Origin: Malacoraja senta
Lineage: Eukaryota
Direction: 5' to 3'
Length of the DNA stretch: 64,000 nt
Assembly (NCBI GenBank): GCA_038087875.1
Contig: CM075997.1
Span: 8,992,001 to 9,056,000 of the forward strand
Positions 13,328 to 26,268 of the stretch are shown here, one piece after another (the first letter of the stretch is position 1; the number at the start of each line of letters is the position of its first letter). The notes beneath the pieces were generated by a model. It was given only the letters and a program-made list of their open reading frames with translations. It searched no databases and had not been told where the DNA came from. The translations under genes and the position numbers were made by a program.

Positions 13328-13984
13328 CATTCAACCATATAACAATTACAGCACGGAAACAGGACATCTCGGATAAAACTGAACCCGCCTCCACCACTTG
13401 CACTGGAAGCTCATTCCACACAGCTACCACTCTCTGAGTAAAAAAATTCCCCCTCATGTTACCCCTAATCTTTTGTCCCTTAATTCGAAAATCATATCCT
13501 CTTGTTTGAATCTTCCTTACTCTGTACTCTCTCTATTTTGTTGACATCTTTCCTATAATTTGGCGACCAAAATTGTACACCATACTCCAGAATTGGCCTC
13601 ACCAATGCCTCGTACAATTTTAACATTACATCCAAAATTCTATACTCAATGCTCTGATTTATAAAGGCCAGCACACCAAAAGCTTTATTAACCACCCTAT
13701 CTACATGAGATTCCACCTTCAGGGAACTATGCACAGTTATTCTTAGATCCCTCTGTTCTACCGCATTCCTCAATTCGCTACCATTTACCATGTACGTCCT
13801 ATTTTGATTTGTCCTGCCAAGATGTAGCACCTCACACTTATCAGCATTAAACTCCATCTGCCATCTTTCAGTCCACTCTTCCAAATGGCCTAGATCTCTC
13901 TGTAGACTTTGAAAAACTACTTCATTATCCACAACACCACCTATCTTAGTATCATCTGAATACTTACTAATCAAATTTACGACA
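13328..13984 (-). mobile_element. CR1-B 3' part with internal deletions (5' part at 16470-17190)
   Basis: ORF 13492..13998 and an aaccatataac tail. Split from 16470-17190 by an L1 with a 12-bp TSD. Confidence 0.88.
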
Positions 13985-16469
13985 TTTAAGAATATCATAT
14001 TTTGGTTGGACTGTCCTTCTCAACAGATGGAATGGATAAGAATGGAGAAAGAGGATTGTTTTCCGTACGATTTAGGAGCGATCCTCTTCTCCCCGATAAA
14101 ATTGAATAATACATTATATAAGAAGAATCCAATTATACACAATATAATTCGAATTTGGAAACAAATAAAATTAACTTTAAAATTAAGAAACTTATCATCA
14201 TTAACACCAATAGTGAATAATCCGGTATTTAAACCATCTTTTATGGATAAAACATATAGACACTTTGAAAGATTGGGAATTAAAAAGGTGGGTGACATTA
14301 GAGATTAGAGATTAGAGATTCCTTTATTTGTCATTCAGACCTTTCGGTCTGAACGAAATTTCGTTGCCTGCAGTCATACATATAATAATAAATGACAAAA
14401 CACACAATAAACACAAATTAACATCCACCACAGTGAGTTCACCAGGCACCTCCTCACTGTGATGGAGGCAAACGTCTTAAAGTCTCTGTCTCTTCCCGCT
14501 TTCTTCTCCCTCTGCGCTGAGGCGATCCAGGCTTCTGATGCTGTGACCCCGCCGGGCGACGGTAAGCCAGTCCCGCGGCTGAATCCGTGCTCCGCGACGG
14601 GCCGGTTCAAACTCCGCGGCCCGGGGTGGTCGAAGCTGCCGAAGCTGCCGCCCTCCAGTCCAGCGGACGCAGCTGTAGTTGACCAACCTGTGACCTGCGC
14701 GCTCCCGACGATGTCGTCCACTGGGCCCGCGGTCGAGCCTCCGGTTTCAGCTCGCCACCAGCGTCCTCGGTCGCCACCGCCGGAACGCCACCGCAGCCCC
14801 GAAGCCGGCCAGCCTCGCGCTCCCGAAGATGTCGTCCACTGGGCCAGCTGCGGCCGAGCCTCCGGATTCAGGTCGCCACCAGTGTCCTCGGTCGCCACCG
14901 CCGGAACGCCACCGCCACCGCCGGAACGCCACCGCAGCCCCGAAGTTGGCCAGACCCGCGCTGGTAAGTCCTGGCTCTGCCTCCGGAGCCTCGAGGTCGG
15001 TCGGTCGCTCGCAGTTGGAGTTGGAGGCCGGCAGCTCGCAGTTGGAGTTGGAGGCCGGCAGCTCCGCCATTTTGGCCTCGGCGCAGACGGAGGCAGAGAA
15101 GGGGGACACGACAAGAAAAAGTCGCATTCCCCCGAAGGAAGAGACAAAAGTCATGTTTCACCCCCCCACCCCACACATACACAACCCAATAAACTAAAAT
15201 TTAACTGAAACAGGACAAAAGAAAACAACAACAAAAAGTAAAAACAGACGGACTGCAGGCGAGCCGCTGCTGTACGACAGCGCCGCCACTTCCGGACATG
15301 TATGAAATGGGAAATTTATTATAATTTCAACAATTAAAATCAAAATTTAATATGAATAATAAACAATACTTTAAATATTTACAGATATGTGACTTTATAA
15401 AAAAAAATATACCAAGACTACAGAGCATAATGATAGACCCACTGGAAGAAGCAATGAATATTAAGGCGGACTCACAAAAATTAATATCATATTTATATAA
15501 TAGTATTCTTAATAGAGAATTGCCATCAACAGAGGCAATTAGAGAAGACTGTGAAAAAGAATTAATGTCAAAAAATTCTAAAGAAACATGGGAAAGGTAT
15601 TTGATATATATACATAAATGTTCGATTAACGCTAGACATAATTTAATTCAATTTAAAATATTACATAGATTATATTATTCAAAAGTTAGGTTGAATAAAT
15701 TTTATTCAAATATTTCTCCCATCTGTGATAAAAAGTCTTTCTCAAAATGCCAATATCGCACAGACTTTCGTTTCTTGCACAAAACTTCATGGATTTTAGT
15801 GTGATATATATGATATATTCACTGGTTTATTTAAGAAAAAATGGAACCTAACATGGAAATGATTATCTTTGGAGTAATAGGAGATGGAAACAAATTAAAT
15901 ATATCCCAAATTTCATTTTTTAATTATGGTTTAATAACAGCAAAAAAACTCATACTTAAATTTTGGAAAAATGCTACTATGCCAACACTCAAAATGTGGA
16001 TTGGTAATATGATGGAAACTGCCCACTTGGAAGAAATGAGACTCCTCCTAATAGATAAACAAGACCAATTCGTAACGAGTTGGTCTCCATTTATTGACCT
16101 TTTGGATTCATGTGGTGCAATAGTACCGTAAAATTTAAATGTCCGGCTTTGGGCGAAAAGTGATTAAGAATATAAAAACGCATCGACTTGTGGCGAGGGA
16201 GAATCTCCTTTCTGCTTCACTTTCTTACTTATTTCTTTTCTTTACCTCACACTCACTAGATTTTCCTTTACTCTTCACTACATATTTCTTTCTCATTACT
16301 TTCTAAAAAAAAAGGAAGTTGTACAAAGAATGTTTTAATAATTCCGGGAACCTGTAAAAAGGTACCATCAAAATGTATTGTACTTACTTCCAATAAATAA
16401 AATTAATTTAAAAAACACTTTTTAAAAACTGCCAGGTATTCAACAACTTGGTACTACGATGGACAAAAA
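13985..16469 (+). mobile_element. 5'-truncated L1 (ORF2 C-terminus and 3'UTR) with TSD AAATTTACGACA
   Basis: ORFs 14006, 15352 and 15841 are L1 ORF2 C-terminal pieces. TSD at 13973-13984 and 16470-16481. Confidence 0.9.
14299..15294 (-). mobile_element. ~1-kb GC-rich non-autonomous retroposon with (AATCTCT)n tail, inserted in L1
   Basis: The minus strand starts CGGAAGTGGCGGCGCTG and ends in AATAAAGG(AATCTCT)n. TSD GACAT at 14294-14298 and 15295-15299. The L1 frame GIKKVGD|MYEMG is restored on removal. Confidence 0.85.
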
Positions 16470-17190
16470 AAATTTACGACAGCATCATCCAGATCATTGA
16501 TGTATATGACAAACAACAGTGGACCCTACACAGATCCCTGAGGCAACCCACTAGCCACCGGCCTCCAACCTGACAAACAGCCACCCACCATTAATCTCTG
16601 GCATTTCCGATTCAGCCACTGTTCAATCCAGCTTGCTACCCAACCATTAATACCCAACATTTGGACCTTATTAGCCAACCTTCCATGTGGAACCTTGTCA
16701 AAGACCTTACTGAAGTCCATAGACAACATCCACCGCTCTACCCTCATCAATATGCTCTTCAACAAATTCAAGAAATTTAGTCAAACATGACCTTCCAGGC
16801 ACAAATCCATGTTGACTGTTCCTAATCAGACCCTGTTTATCCAGATGCTTATATATATTATCTCTGTATCCTTTCCATTAATTTGCCCAACACTGACGTC
16901 AAACTAACAGGTCCATAAATGCCAGGTTTACTCTTAGAACCCTTTTTAAACAATGGAACAACATGCGCAGTACGCCAATCCCCCGGCACAATTCCCGTTT
17001 CTTATGACATTTCAAATATTTCTGTCATACCCCCTGCTATTTCTACACTAACTTCCGTCAATGTCCGAGGGAATATCCTGTCAGGACCTGGAGACATCCA
17101 CTTTTATATTTTTCAAAAGTGTCAGTACTTCCTCTTCTTTGAATTTCATAGTTTCCATAGCTACTCTACTTGTTTCCCTTACCTCACAAA
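16470..17190 (-). mobile_element. CR1-B internal ORF2 fragment with deletions
   Basis: MDFSKVFDKVPHGRL..GLPQGSV and EVRETSRVAMETMKFKEEEV on the minus strand. Confidence 0.85.
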
Positions 17191-17311
17191 AATCCCTTCG
17201 ATGGTGAGGAGGTCGGAGCAGGTGATGAAATGGGGAGTGTTCACAACTTTTTGTAGTCTTTTTCGTTCCTGGCCAGTCACGTTGCCAAACCAGGCCGTGA
17301 TTCAACCAGAT
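17191..17311 (-). mobile_element. Rex1/Babar-like LINE RT fragment
   Basis: The minus strand reads ITAWFGNVTGQERKRLQKVVNTPHFITCSDLLTIEGI. Confidence 0.75.
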
Positions 17312-19386
17312 AATGTCCCTGTTCGGTTGAAAGGAAATAGTAAAAATTGGAAAGAGCCATGGTTTTCAAGGGAAATTGGACACTTAGTTCGGAAAAAGAG
17401 AGAGATCTACAATAATTATAGGCAGCATGGAGTAAATGAGGTGCTTGAGGAGTATAAAAAATGTAAAAAGAGTCTTAAGAAAGAAATTAGAAAAGCTAAA
17501 AGAAGATATGAGGTTGCTTTGGCAAGTAAGGTGAAAGTAAATCCAAAGGGTTTCTACAGCTATATTAATAGCAAAAGGATAACGGGGGATAAATTGGTCC
17601 ATTAGAGAGTCAGAGTGGACAGCTATCTGCAGAGCCAAAAGAGATGGGGGAGATATTGAACAATTTCTTTTCTTCGGTATTAACCAAGGAGAAGGATATT
17701 GAATTATATGAGGTAAGGGAAACAAGTAGAATAGCTATGGAAACTATGAGATTCAAAGAAGAGGAAGTACTGACACCTTTGAGAAAGATAAAAGTGGATA
17801 AGTCTCCAGGTCCGGACAGGATATTCCCTCGGACATTGAGGGAAGTTAGTGTAGAAATAGCAGGGGCTATGACAGAAATATTTCAAATGTCATTGGAAAC
17901 GGCAATAGTGCCGGAGGATTGGCGTACTGCGCATGTTGTTCCATTGTTTAAAAAGGGGTCTAAGAGTAAACCTAGCAATTATAGACCTGTTAGTTTGACG
18001 TCAGTGGTGGGCAAATTAATGGAAAGGATACTTAGAGATAATATATATACGCATCTGGATAAACAGGGGCTGATTAGGAACAGTCAACATGGATTTGTGC
18101 CTGGAAGGTCATGTTTGACTAATCTTCTTGAATTTTTTGAAGAGGTTACTCGGGAAATTGATGAGGGTAAAGCCGTGGATGTTGTATATATGGACTTCAG
18201 TAAGGCCTTTGACAAGGTTCCTCACGGAAGGTTGGTTAAGAAGGTTCAATGGTTGGGTATTAATGGTGGAGTAGCAAGATGGATTCAACAGTGGCTGAAT
18301 GGGAGATGCCAGAGAGTAATGGTGGATGGTTGTTTGTCAGGTTGGAGGCCAGTGACTAGTGGGGTGCCACAGGGATCTGTGTTGGGCCCACTGTTGTTTG
18401 TCATGTACATCAATGATCTGGATGATGGTGTGGTAAATTGGATTAGTAAGTATGCAGATGATACTAAGATAGGTGGGGCTGTGGATAATGAAGTAGATTT
18501 TCAAAGTCTACAGAGAGATTTATGCCGGTTGGAAGAGTGGGCTGAAAGATGGCAGATGGAGTTTAATGCTGATAAGTGTGATGTGCTACATCTTGGCAGG
18601 ACAAATCAAAATAGGACGTACATGGTAAATGGTAGGGAATTGAAGAATGCAGGTGAACAGAGGGATCTTGCAATAACTGTGCACAGTTCCCTGAAAGTGG
18701 AATCTCATGTAGATAGGGTGGTAAAGACAGCTTTTGGTGTGCTGGCTTTTATAAATCAGAGCATTGAGTATAGAAGTTGGGATGTAATGTTAAAATTGTA
18801 CAAGGCATTGGTGATGCCAATTCTGGAGTATGGTGTACAATTTTGGTCGCCTAATTATAGGAAGGATGTCAACAAAATAGAGAGAGTACAGAGGAGATTT
18901 ACTAGAATGTTGCCTGGGTTTCAGCAACTAAGTTACAGAGAAAGGTTGAACAAGTTAGGGCTTTATTCTTTGGAGCGCAGAAGGTTAAGGGGGGACTTGA
19001 TAGAGGTCTTTAAAATGATGAGAGGGATAGACAGAGTTGACGTGGATAAGCTTTTCCCACTGAGAGTAGGGAAGATTCAAACAAGGGGACATGACTTGAG
19101 AATTAAGGGACAGAAGTTTAGGGGTAACATGAGGGGGAACTTCTTTACTCAGAGAGTGGTGGCTGTGTGGAATGAGCTTCCAGTGAAGGTGGTGGAGGCA
19201 GGTTCGTTTTTATCATTTAAAAATAAATTGAATAGTTATATGGACGGGAAAGGAATGGAGGGTTATGATCTGAGCGCAGGTATATGGGACTAGGGGAGAA
19301 TACGTGTTCGGCACGGACTAGAAGGGTCGAGATGGCCTGTTTCCGTGCTGTAATTGTTATATGGTTATATATGGTTATATGGTTAT
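17312..19386 (+). mobile_element. CR1-B LINE, 5'-truncated, with an uninterrupted 549-aa RT ORF (17644..19293) and (ATGGTTAT)n tail
   Basis: KSPGPD, NYRPVSLTS, QHGF, DFSKAFD, GVPQGSVLGP and YADD motifs; tail at ~19355-19386. Confidence 0.95.
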
Positions 19387-19435
19387 AATATGCTCTCTAC
19401 TGTACACCTGCAGAGGCTCAAGAGAATCCTCACTC

Positions 19436-20300
19436 GATAGCTGAATGGCTGGAAATTTGGCTTAGTGGAAGGAGCGGAGGGTGATGATAGGCGATTGCTT
19501 CTCGGACTGGAAGCCTGTGGCTAGAGATGTGAGCCAGGGTTCGATATTGGGTCCGTTATTGTTTGTGATCTATACCAATTAATCGGACGAGAACTTACAC
19601 GGAACGATTTGCACGTTTGCACATGTTACAAAAGTGGGTTGTTTTGCAGAAAGTGAAGATGGTTCTGAAAAAATGTAGCAGGATCTTGATTGATTGGCCA
19701 CATTTGCTGGGGGATGGCTCATGGAATTTAATACAGAAAAATGTGAGGTGTTGCAGTTTGAGAAGTCTTACATGGACAGGACTTGCAAGGTGAATGGTAG
19801 GGCTCTGGGAAGTGTTGCACAGCAGATGGATCTACAAGTACAGTTGTATGGTTCCGTGAAGGTGGAGTTGCAGGGAGATAGAGTGGTAAAAAATGCGTTT
19901 GGCACACTGGCCTTCATCAGTCAGAGTATTGGGCATAGAAGTTGGGAGGTCATGTTGCAGTTGTATAAGACGTTGGCATGGCCGCATTTAGGGTATTATG
20001 TTCAGTTCTGGGTAATATGTTATAGAAAACCTGGAGAGGGTACAGAGAAGATTTACAGGAATGTTGCCAGGACTAGGGAGGTCTGACCTCTCGGGAGAGA
20101 TTGGATGGACTGGGACTATTTTCTGTAGGGCCGGGGTGAAATTATTGAGCTGTATATAATCATGATCTGAATCTATCGGGTAGATGCACATATTCTAACG
20201 AGGAGCAGAGGATGTAAGTTTAAGGTGAACGGGTAAAAAAAATAATATGAATCTGAGGGATACCTTTTTTACACAAAGGATGGTGTGTGAATGGAACAAA
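19436..20300 (+). mobile_element. Older, diverged CR1 RT fragment
   Basis: ORF 19694..20086 (MEFNTEKCEVLQF...AFGTLAFISQSI) with many stops. Confidence 0.8.
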
Positions 20301-20304
20301 CAGT

Positions 20305-23300
20305 GCTCCCGTGGATTTTGAAGCAACAGCAACAAAGAGAAGCAGGAGAAAGCTCTGATTGACTCTAGCCCGAGTGGGAGGAGAATTAGAAGTGAGTCAG
20401 AGGGGGGAAACTGTTAAAAACTGAGGAATTTGGTTTGAAAAAGGGTAAAGTAGGCAATTTAGCAGTCAATATAAGCAAGATGGCTCTTAGGGAGCGGCAA
20501 TGAGGGAAGTGCCCAGTGAGGAAAAGTGCGAGTATTTGGCTCGAGAGTCTTCAGCGAGAAGGCTGAGGAGAGGAGAGGAGGCTTCGCAAAACGCTGGACA
20601 CGGAGAGACGAAAGAAGGAGATGTCAAGGAAACTGATTCAGTGTGATACTTACAGTATGTGGGAGGTCAAGGGCACTGCTGGTGCCTCTGGCTGCTACAA
20701 ATGTGAGTAGTGCATCCAGGTACAGCTCCTGAAACACCGTGTTGGGGAACTGGAGAAGCAAGTGGATGATCTCAGGTTCGTGCGAGAAACGGAGTCGTTA
20801 CTCGACAAGTCCTACAGTAACTTTGTTACACCTAAGGTACTGCAAGAGAGAAGGTGGGTGACGGTGAGCAAGGGAGGGTAACGTGGAATGCAAACGTCCC
20901 TGGGTGTTGTACCTCTTGTGAACAGGTTCACCCACTTAGAAGCTGTCGGGATAGAAGACGTTATCAGACTGAGCGGCGGACTGGTTAGCGAAGAAAAAAG
21001 GTCTGTTGAGCCAAAACCAAAGAGGCCAACGTCAGGCAACGCCACTGTAGTTGGAGACTCCGTTGAGAGAGGTACGGACATGGGTTTCTGCGGGAACAGA
21101 CCGGATTCGAGGATGATGTGCTGCATTCCTGGTGCCAGGATCCAGGATGTCACGGACAGAGTGCAGAAAATCCTCAAGGGCGAAGGTGAACATCCGGAAG
21201 TGGTAGTGCATGTCGGCACAAACGATTTCGGAAAGAAGGGGATGAATATTCTGCAGCGTGAATTTAGAGAGCTCGGAAAAATGCTGAAAAGCAGAACCTC
21301 CAGGGTTGTTATCTCCGGTTTGCTTCCAGTTCCTCGTGCTGGCGAGAGCAGGAACAGGCAGATACGGGACCTGAATGTGTGGCTGAGGAACTGGTGCAGG
21401 GGGGCAGGGATTTAGATTCTTAGATCATTGGGATCTGTTTTGGAGTAAGGGGGAACTGCACAAAAGGGAATGATTGCATCTTAACAGGTGCTGGACCAGC
21501 TTTCTGGCAGGCAGGTTTGCCACTGATACACGGGTGGTTTTAAACTGAATAAGGGGGGTGGGGTGTCAAATGGGATAGTCGAGAATGAAGTTAAAGGGAA
21601 AGAGTGTAAAGTGATGGTTAATGACCCCAGAATTAACGTGAAAGGAAGCTCACAAATGGGATAGGAGCGTATGTCAAAGTGTAATAGGGATCGATGTGAA
21701 AGGTGTGATGCGTAAGGAAATAAAAGTATTGTATATGAATGCGCGAAGTATAAGAAGTATAGTAGATGAGCTTGAGGCTCAGTTAGAGGTTGGTAGATAT
21801 GACATTGTGGGAATTACTGAGACGTGGCTGCAGGTGGATCGGGCCTGGGAACTTAATATTCAGGGTTATACATACTATAGAAAGGGCAGGCAGGTGGGCA
21901 GAGGAGGGGGTAGCTCTGCTGGTGAGGGATGGAATTCAGTCCTTTGCGAGGGACGACATACGGACTGACAAGTTAGAATAACTGTGGATTGAGTTGAGCA
22001 ATTGTAAAGGCAAGAAGACACTAATTGGTATTATCTACAGACCCCCAAATAGTAGCCCGGATGTTGGGTGTAAGTTGCAGCAGGAGTTAAAACTGGCATG
22101 TAACAAAGGTAATGAACTGTGGTGATGGAGGATTTCAATATGCAGGTAGACTGGGAAAATCAGGTTGCTTCAGGACCCCAAAGAAAGAGAGTTTGTAGAA
22201 TGCCTCCGAGATGGATTCTTAGAGCAGCTTGTAAGGGAGCCGACCAGTGAAAAGGCAATTCTGGATTTAGTGTTGGCCAATGAACCAGATATGATAAAGA
22301 TAACTCGAGGTAAAGGAACCGCTCGGAGGTAGTGAAAATAATATGATTAGTTTAAATCTGCAAATTGAGAAGGAGAACGTGAATCGGAAGTGGCAGTGAT
22401 GCAGTTGAAAAAAAGGGGACTATGAAGGCATGAGAGGGGAGCTGGCCAAGGTAGACTGGAAAGGGATCCTAGCAGGAATGACCGTGGAACAGCAATGGCA
22501 GGAATTTCTGGGCATAATCCGGAAGACGCAGGATCATTTCATTCCAAAAAGGAAGAAAGATTCTAAAGGGAATAGGACGCAACCGTGGCTGACAGGAGAA
22601 GTTAGGGATAGAATAAAACTAAAAGAAAACATGTATAACACAGCAAAGAGTAGCCGGAAGCTAGAGGATTGGGAAACTTTCATTGGACAACAGGAGGAAA
22701 CAAAACGGGCAATACGGTCTGAAAAGATGAAGTACGAAGGGAAGCTGGCCAAGAATATAAAGAAGGACAGTAAACCTTCTTTAGATATGTTAAGGGGAAA
22801 AGTTTAGCAAAGACAAATGTGGGTCCCTTGCAGGCAGACACGGGTGAAATTATTATGGGCAACAAGGAAATGGCAGAAGAGTTGAATAGGTACATCGGAT
22901 CTGTCTTCACTAAGAAAATAAATTAAAAAAAATAAAAATAATAATAATGTTCGGCACGGACTTGAAGGGCCGAGATGGCCTGTTTCCGTGCTGTAATGAT
23001 TGTATGGTTATATGGTTATAAGACACAAACAATCTCCCAGATGTACTGGAGGACAGAGAATCTTAGGGGGTAGAGGAACTGAAAGATTTTATTATTAGGC
23101 GAGAAATAATATTGGGTAGGCTAATGGGACTGAAGGATGATAAATCCCCTGGATCTGATATTCTGCATCCCAGGGTCCTCAGGGAGGTGGCTCTGGATAC
23201 AGTGGACGCATTGGTGATAATTTTCCAATGTTCAATAGATTCAGGATCAGTTCCTCTGGATTGGACGATAGCTAATATTGTCCCACTATTCAAGAAAGGA

Positions 23301-24275
23301 GCGCGAGAGAAAACGCGGGATTACAGACCAGTTAGCCTGACTTCGGTGGAGCGAAAGATGCTGGAGTCAATTATTAAAGAGGTAATAATGGGGCATTTGG
23401 ATAAGAGTAAAAGGATTGGGGGAGAACTTCTTAACTCAAAGAGTGGTAGCTGTGTGGAATGAGCTTCCAGTGGAAGTGATGGAGGCAGGTTCGATTTTAT
23501 AATTTAAAAATAAATTGGATAAGTATATCGACGGGAAAGGAATGGAGGGTTGTGGTCTGAGTGCACGTAGATGGAACTAGGGGAGAATAAGTGTTCGGCA
23601 CGGACTAGAAGGGCCGAGATGGCCTGTTTCCTTGCTGTAATTGTAATACAGTTATATGGTTATATGGCTATTAGTCCAAGTCAACATGGATTTATGAAAA
23701 GGAAATCATGCTTGACTAATCTTCTGGAATTTTTTGAGGATGCGACAAGTAAAATATATGAAGGGGTGCCAGTGGATGTCGTGTTTCTAGACTTTCAGAA
23801 AGCCTTTGATAAGGTCCCGTACGGGAGACTGGTGACCAAAATTAGAGCACATGGTATTGGTGTTGACATGGATAGAAAATTGGTTGACAGACCGGAAGCA
23901 CAGAGTAGGAGTGAACGGGTCCCTTTCAGAATGGCAGGCAGTGGCGTGTGGAGTGCCGCAAGGCTCGGTGTTGGGGCCGCAACTGTTTACCATATATATT
24001 AATGATTTGGAAGAGGGAATTTGGCGCAACACTAGCAAGTTTGCGGATGACACAAAGCTGGGTGGCAGGGTGATCTGTGAAGAGGTTGTTCGGAGGTTGC
24101 AGGGTGACCTGGACATGTTGAGTGAGTGGGCAGATGCGTGGCAGATGCAGTATAATATAGATAAATGTGAGGTTATCCACTTTGGCGGCAAAAACAAGGG
24201 GGCAGATTATTATCTCAATTGGGTTAGGTTAGGTAAGGGGGAGGTGCAGCGAGACCTGGGCGTCCTTGTACACCG
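20305..24275 (+). mobile_element. CR1-C LINE from 5'UTR through ORF1 (Zn-finger/coiled coil, SGNH esterase) and ORF2 (EN and RT), decayed
   Basis: VVGDS..RG and HVGTND (esterase), YMNARSI and GITETWL (EN), FADD (RT). Two small CR1-B 3' inserts at ~22915-23020 and ~23418-23668. Confidence 0.92.
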
Positions 24276-26151
24276 GGATGCAGACCATCAGGCCCAGGGG
24301 ATTTATCATCCTTCAGTCCCATTAGCCTACCCAATACTCTTTCTCGTCTATTGAAAATGTCTTTCAGTTCCTCTACCACCTTAGATCATCTGTCCTCCAT
24401 TACATCTCGGAGATTGTTTGTGTCTTCCTTAGTGAAGACAGATACGAAGTACCTATTGAACTCTTCTGCCATTTCCTTGTTGACCATAATAATTTCACCC
24501 GTGTCTGCCTGCAAGGGACCCACATTTAACTTTGCTACTCTTTTTCCCTTAACATATTTTTTTAAAGCTGTTACTTTCCTGGCCAGCTTCCCCTCGTACT
24601 TCATCTTTTCAACCCGTATTGCCCGTTTTGTTTCCTTCTGTTGTCCTATGAAAGTTTCCAAATCCTCTGGCTTCCGGCTACTCTTTGCTGTGTTATGCAT
24701 CATTTTTTTAAGTTTTATTCTATCCCTAACTTCTCTTGTCAGCCACGGTTGCCTCCTACTCCCCTTAGAATTTGTCTTCCTTTTTGGAATGAAATGATCC
24801 TGCGTCACCCGGAATATGCCCAGAAATTCCTGCCATTTCTGCTTCACCGTCATTCCTGCTAGGATCCCTTTCCAGTCTACATTTGCCAGCTCCCCTCTCA
24901 TGCCTTCATAGTTCCCTTTGTTCAACTGCATTACTGCCACTTCCGATTTAACGTTCTCCTTCTCAAATTGCAGATTAAAACTAATCATATTATGATCACT
25001 ACCTCCAAGCGGTTCCTTTACCTCGAGTTTTCTGATCATATCTGGTTCATTGGACAACACTAAATCCAGAATAGCCTTTTCTCTGGTCGGCTCCATTACA
25101 AGCTGCTCTAAGATACCATCTCGATGGCATTCTACAAACTCTCTTTCTTGGGGTCCTGAACCAACCTGATTTTCCCAGTCTACCTGCATATTGAAATTCA
25201 TCATCACCGCAGTGGCATTACCTTTGTTACATGCCAGTTTTAACTCTCGCTGCAACTTACAACCTACAACCGGGCTACTATTTGGGGGACTGTAACTAAC
25301 ACCAATTAGTGTCTTCTTGCCTTTACAATTCCTCAACTCAATCCACAGTGACTCAACCTCGTCAGTCCCTATGTCTTCCCTCGCAAGGGACTGAATTCCA
25401 TCCCTCACCATCAGAGCTACCCCCCCCCCTCCTCTGCCCACCTGCCTGTCCTTTCTATAAGATGTATAACCCTGAATATTAAGTTCCCAGCCCCGATCCT
25501 CCTGCAGCCACGTCTCAGTAATCCCCACAATGTCATATCTACCGACTGAGCCTGAAGCTCATCTACTTTACTTCTTATACTTCGCGCATACAATACTTTT
25601 AATTCCTTACGCATCTCACCTCTCACATCGATCCCTATTACACTATCCCTTTGTGAGCTTCCTTTCCCGTTAATTCTGGGGCCATTAACCATCCGTTTAC
25701 TCTCTTTCCCTTTAACTCCATCCTCCACTATCCCATTTGACACCCCTCCCCCCTTATTCAGTTTAAAACCACCCGTGTAGCAGTGGCAAACCTGCCTGCC
25801 AGAATGCTGGTCCCCTACCTGTTAAGATGCAATCCGTCCCTTTTGTACAGTTCCCCGTTACTCTAAAACAGATCCCAGTGATCTAAGAATCTAAATCCCT
25901 GCCCCCTGCACCAGTTCCTCTTCCACACATTCAGGTCCAGTATCTCCCTGTTCCTGCTCTCGCCAGCACGGGGAACTGGAAGCAAACCGGAGATAACAGC
26001 TCTGGAGGTCCTGCATGTCAGCATTTTTCCGAGCTCTCTAAAGTCACGCTGCAGAATATTCATCCCCTTCTTTCCGACATCGTTAGTGCCGACATGCACT
26101 ACCACTTCCGGCTGTTCACCATCGCCCCTGAGGATTTTCTGCACTCTGTCC
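24276..26151 (-). mobile_element. CR1-C segment (esterase through EN/linker) in inverted orientation
   Basis: ORFs 24386..25528 (EN) and 25863..26192 (HVGTND); homologous to ~21150-23170. Confidence 0.9.
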
Positions 26152-26268
26152 GAGAAGGCAAGCACGGAGTATTGAATCGGGACGATCAGCAATGAATGGC
26201 GGTGCTTGCTCGAAGGGCCGAATGTGCTCCTCCTGCACCTATTTTCTCTGTTTCTATGTTTCTATGTT
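26152..26268 (+). mobile_element. CR1-C 3'UTR and (TTTCTATG)n tail
   Basis: gagaaggcaagcacgg...ctcgaagggccgaatg...tttctatgtttctatg. Confidence 0.85.

Noticed and set aside
14374..15208. Overlapping 257-aa and 249-aa Pro/Arg/Gly-rich ORFs
   Set aside because: GC-rich, stop-poor sequence within a TSD-bounded retroposon; open on both strands with no recognisable domain.
17644..19293. 549-aa intact RT ORF as a domesticated or active gene
   Set aside because: It is a 5'-truncated CR1 with no endonuclease or promoter, has an upstream frameshift, and is near-identical to other copies, so it is simply young.
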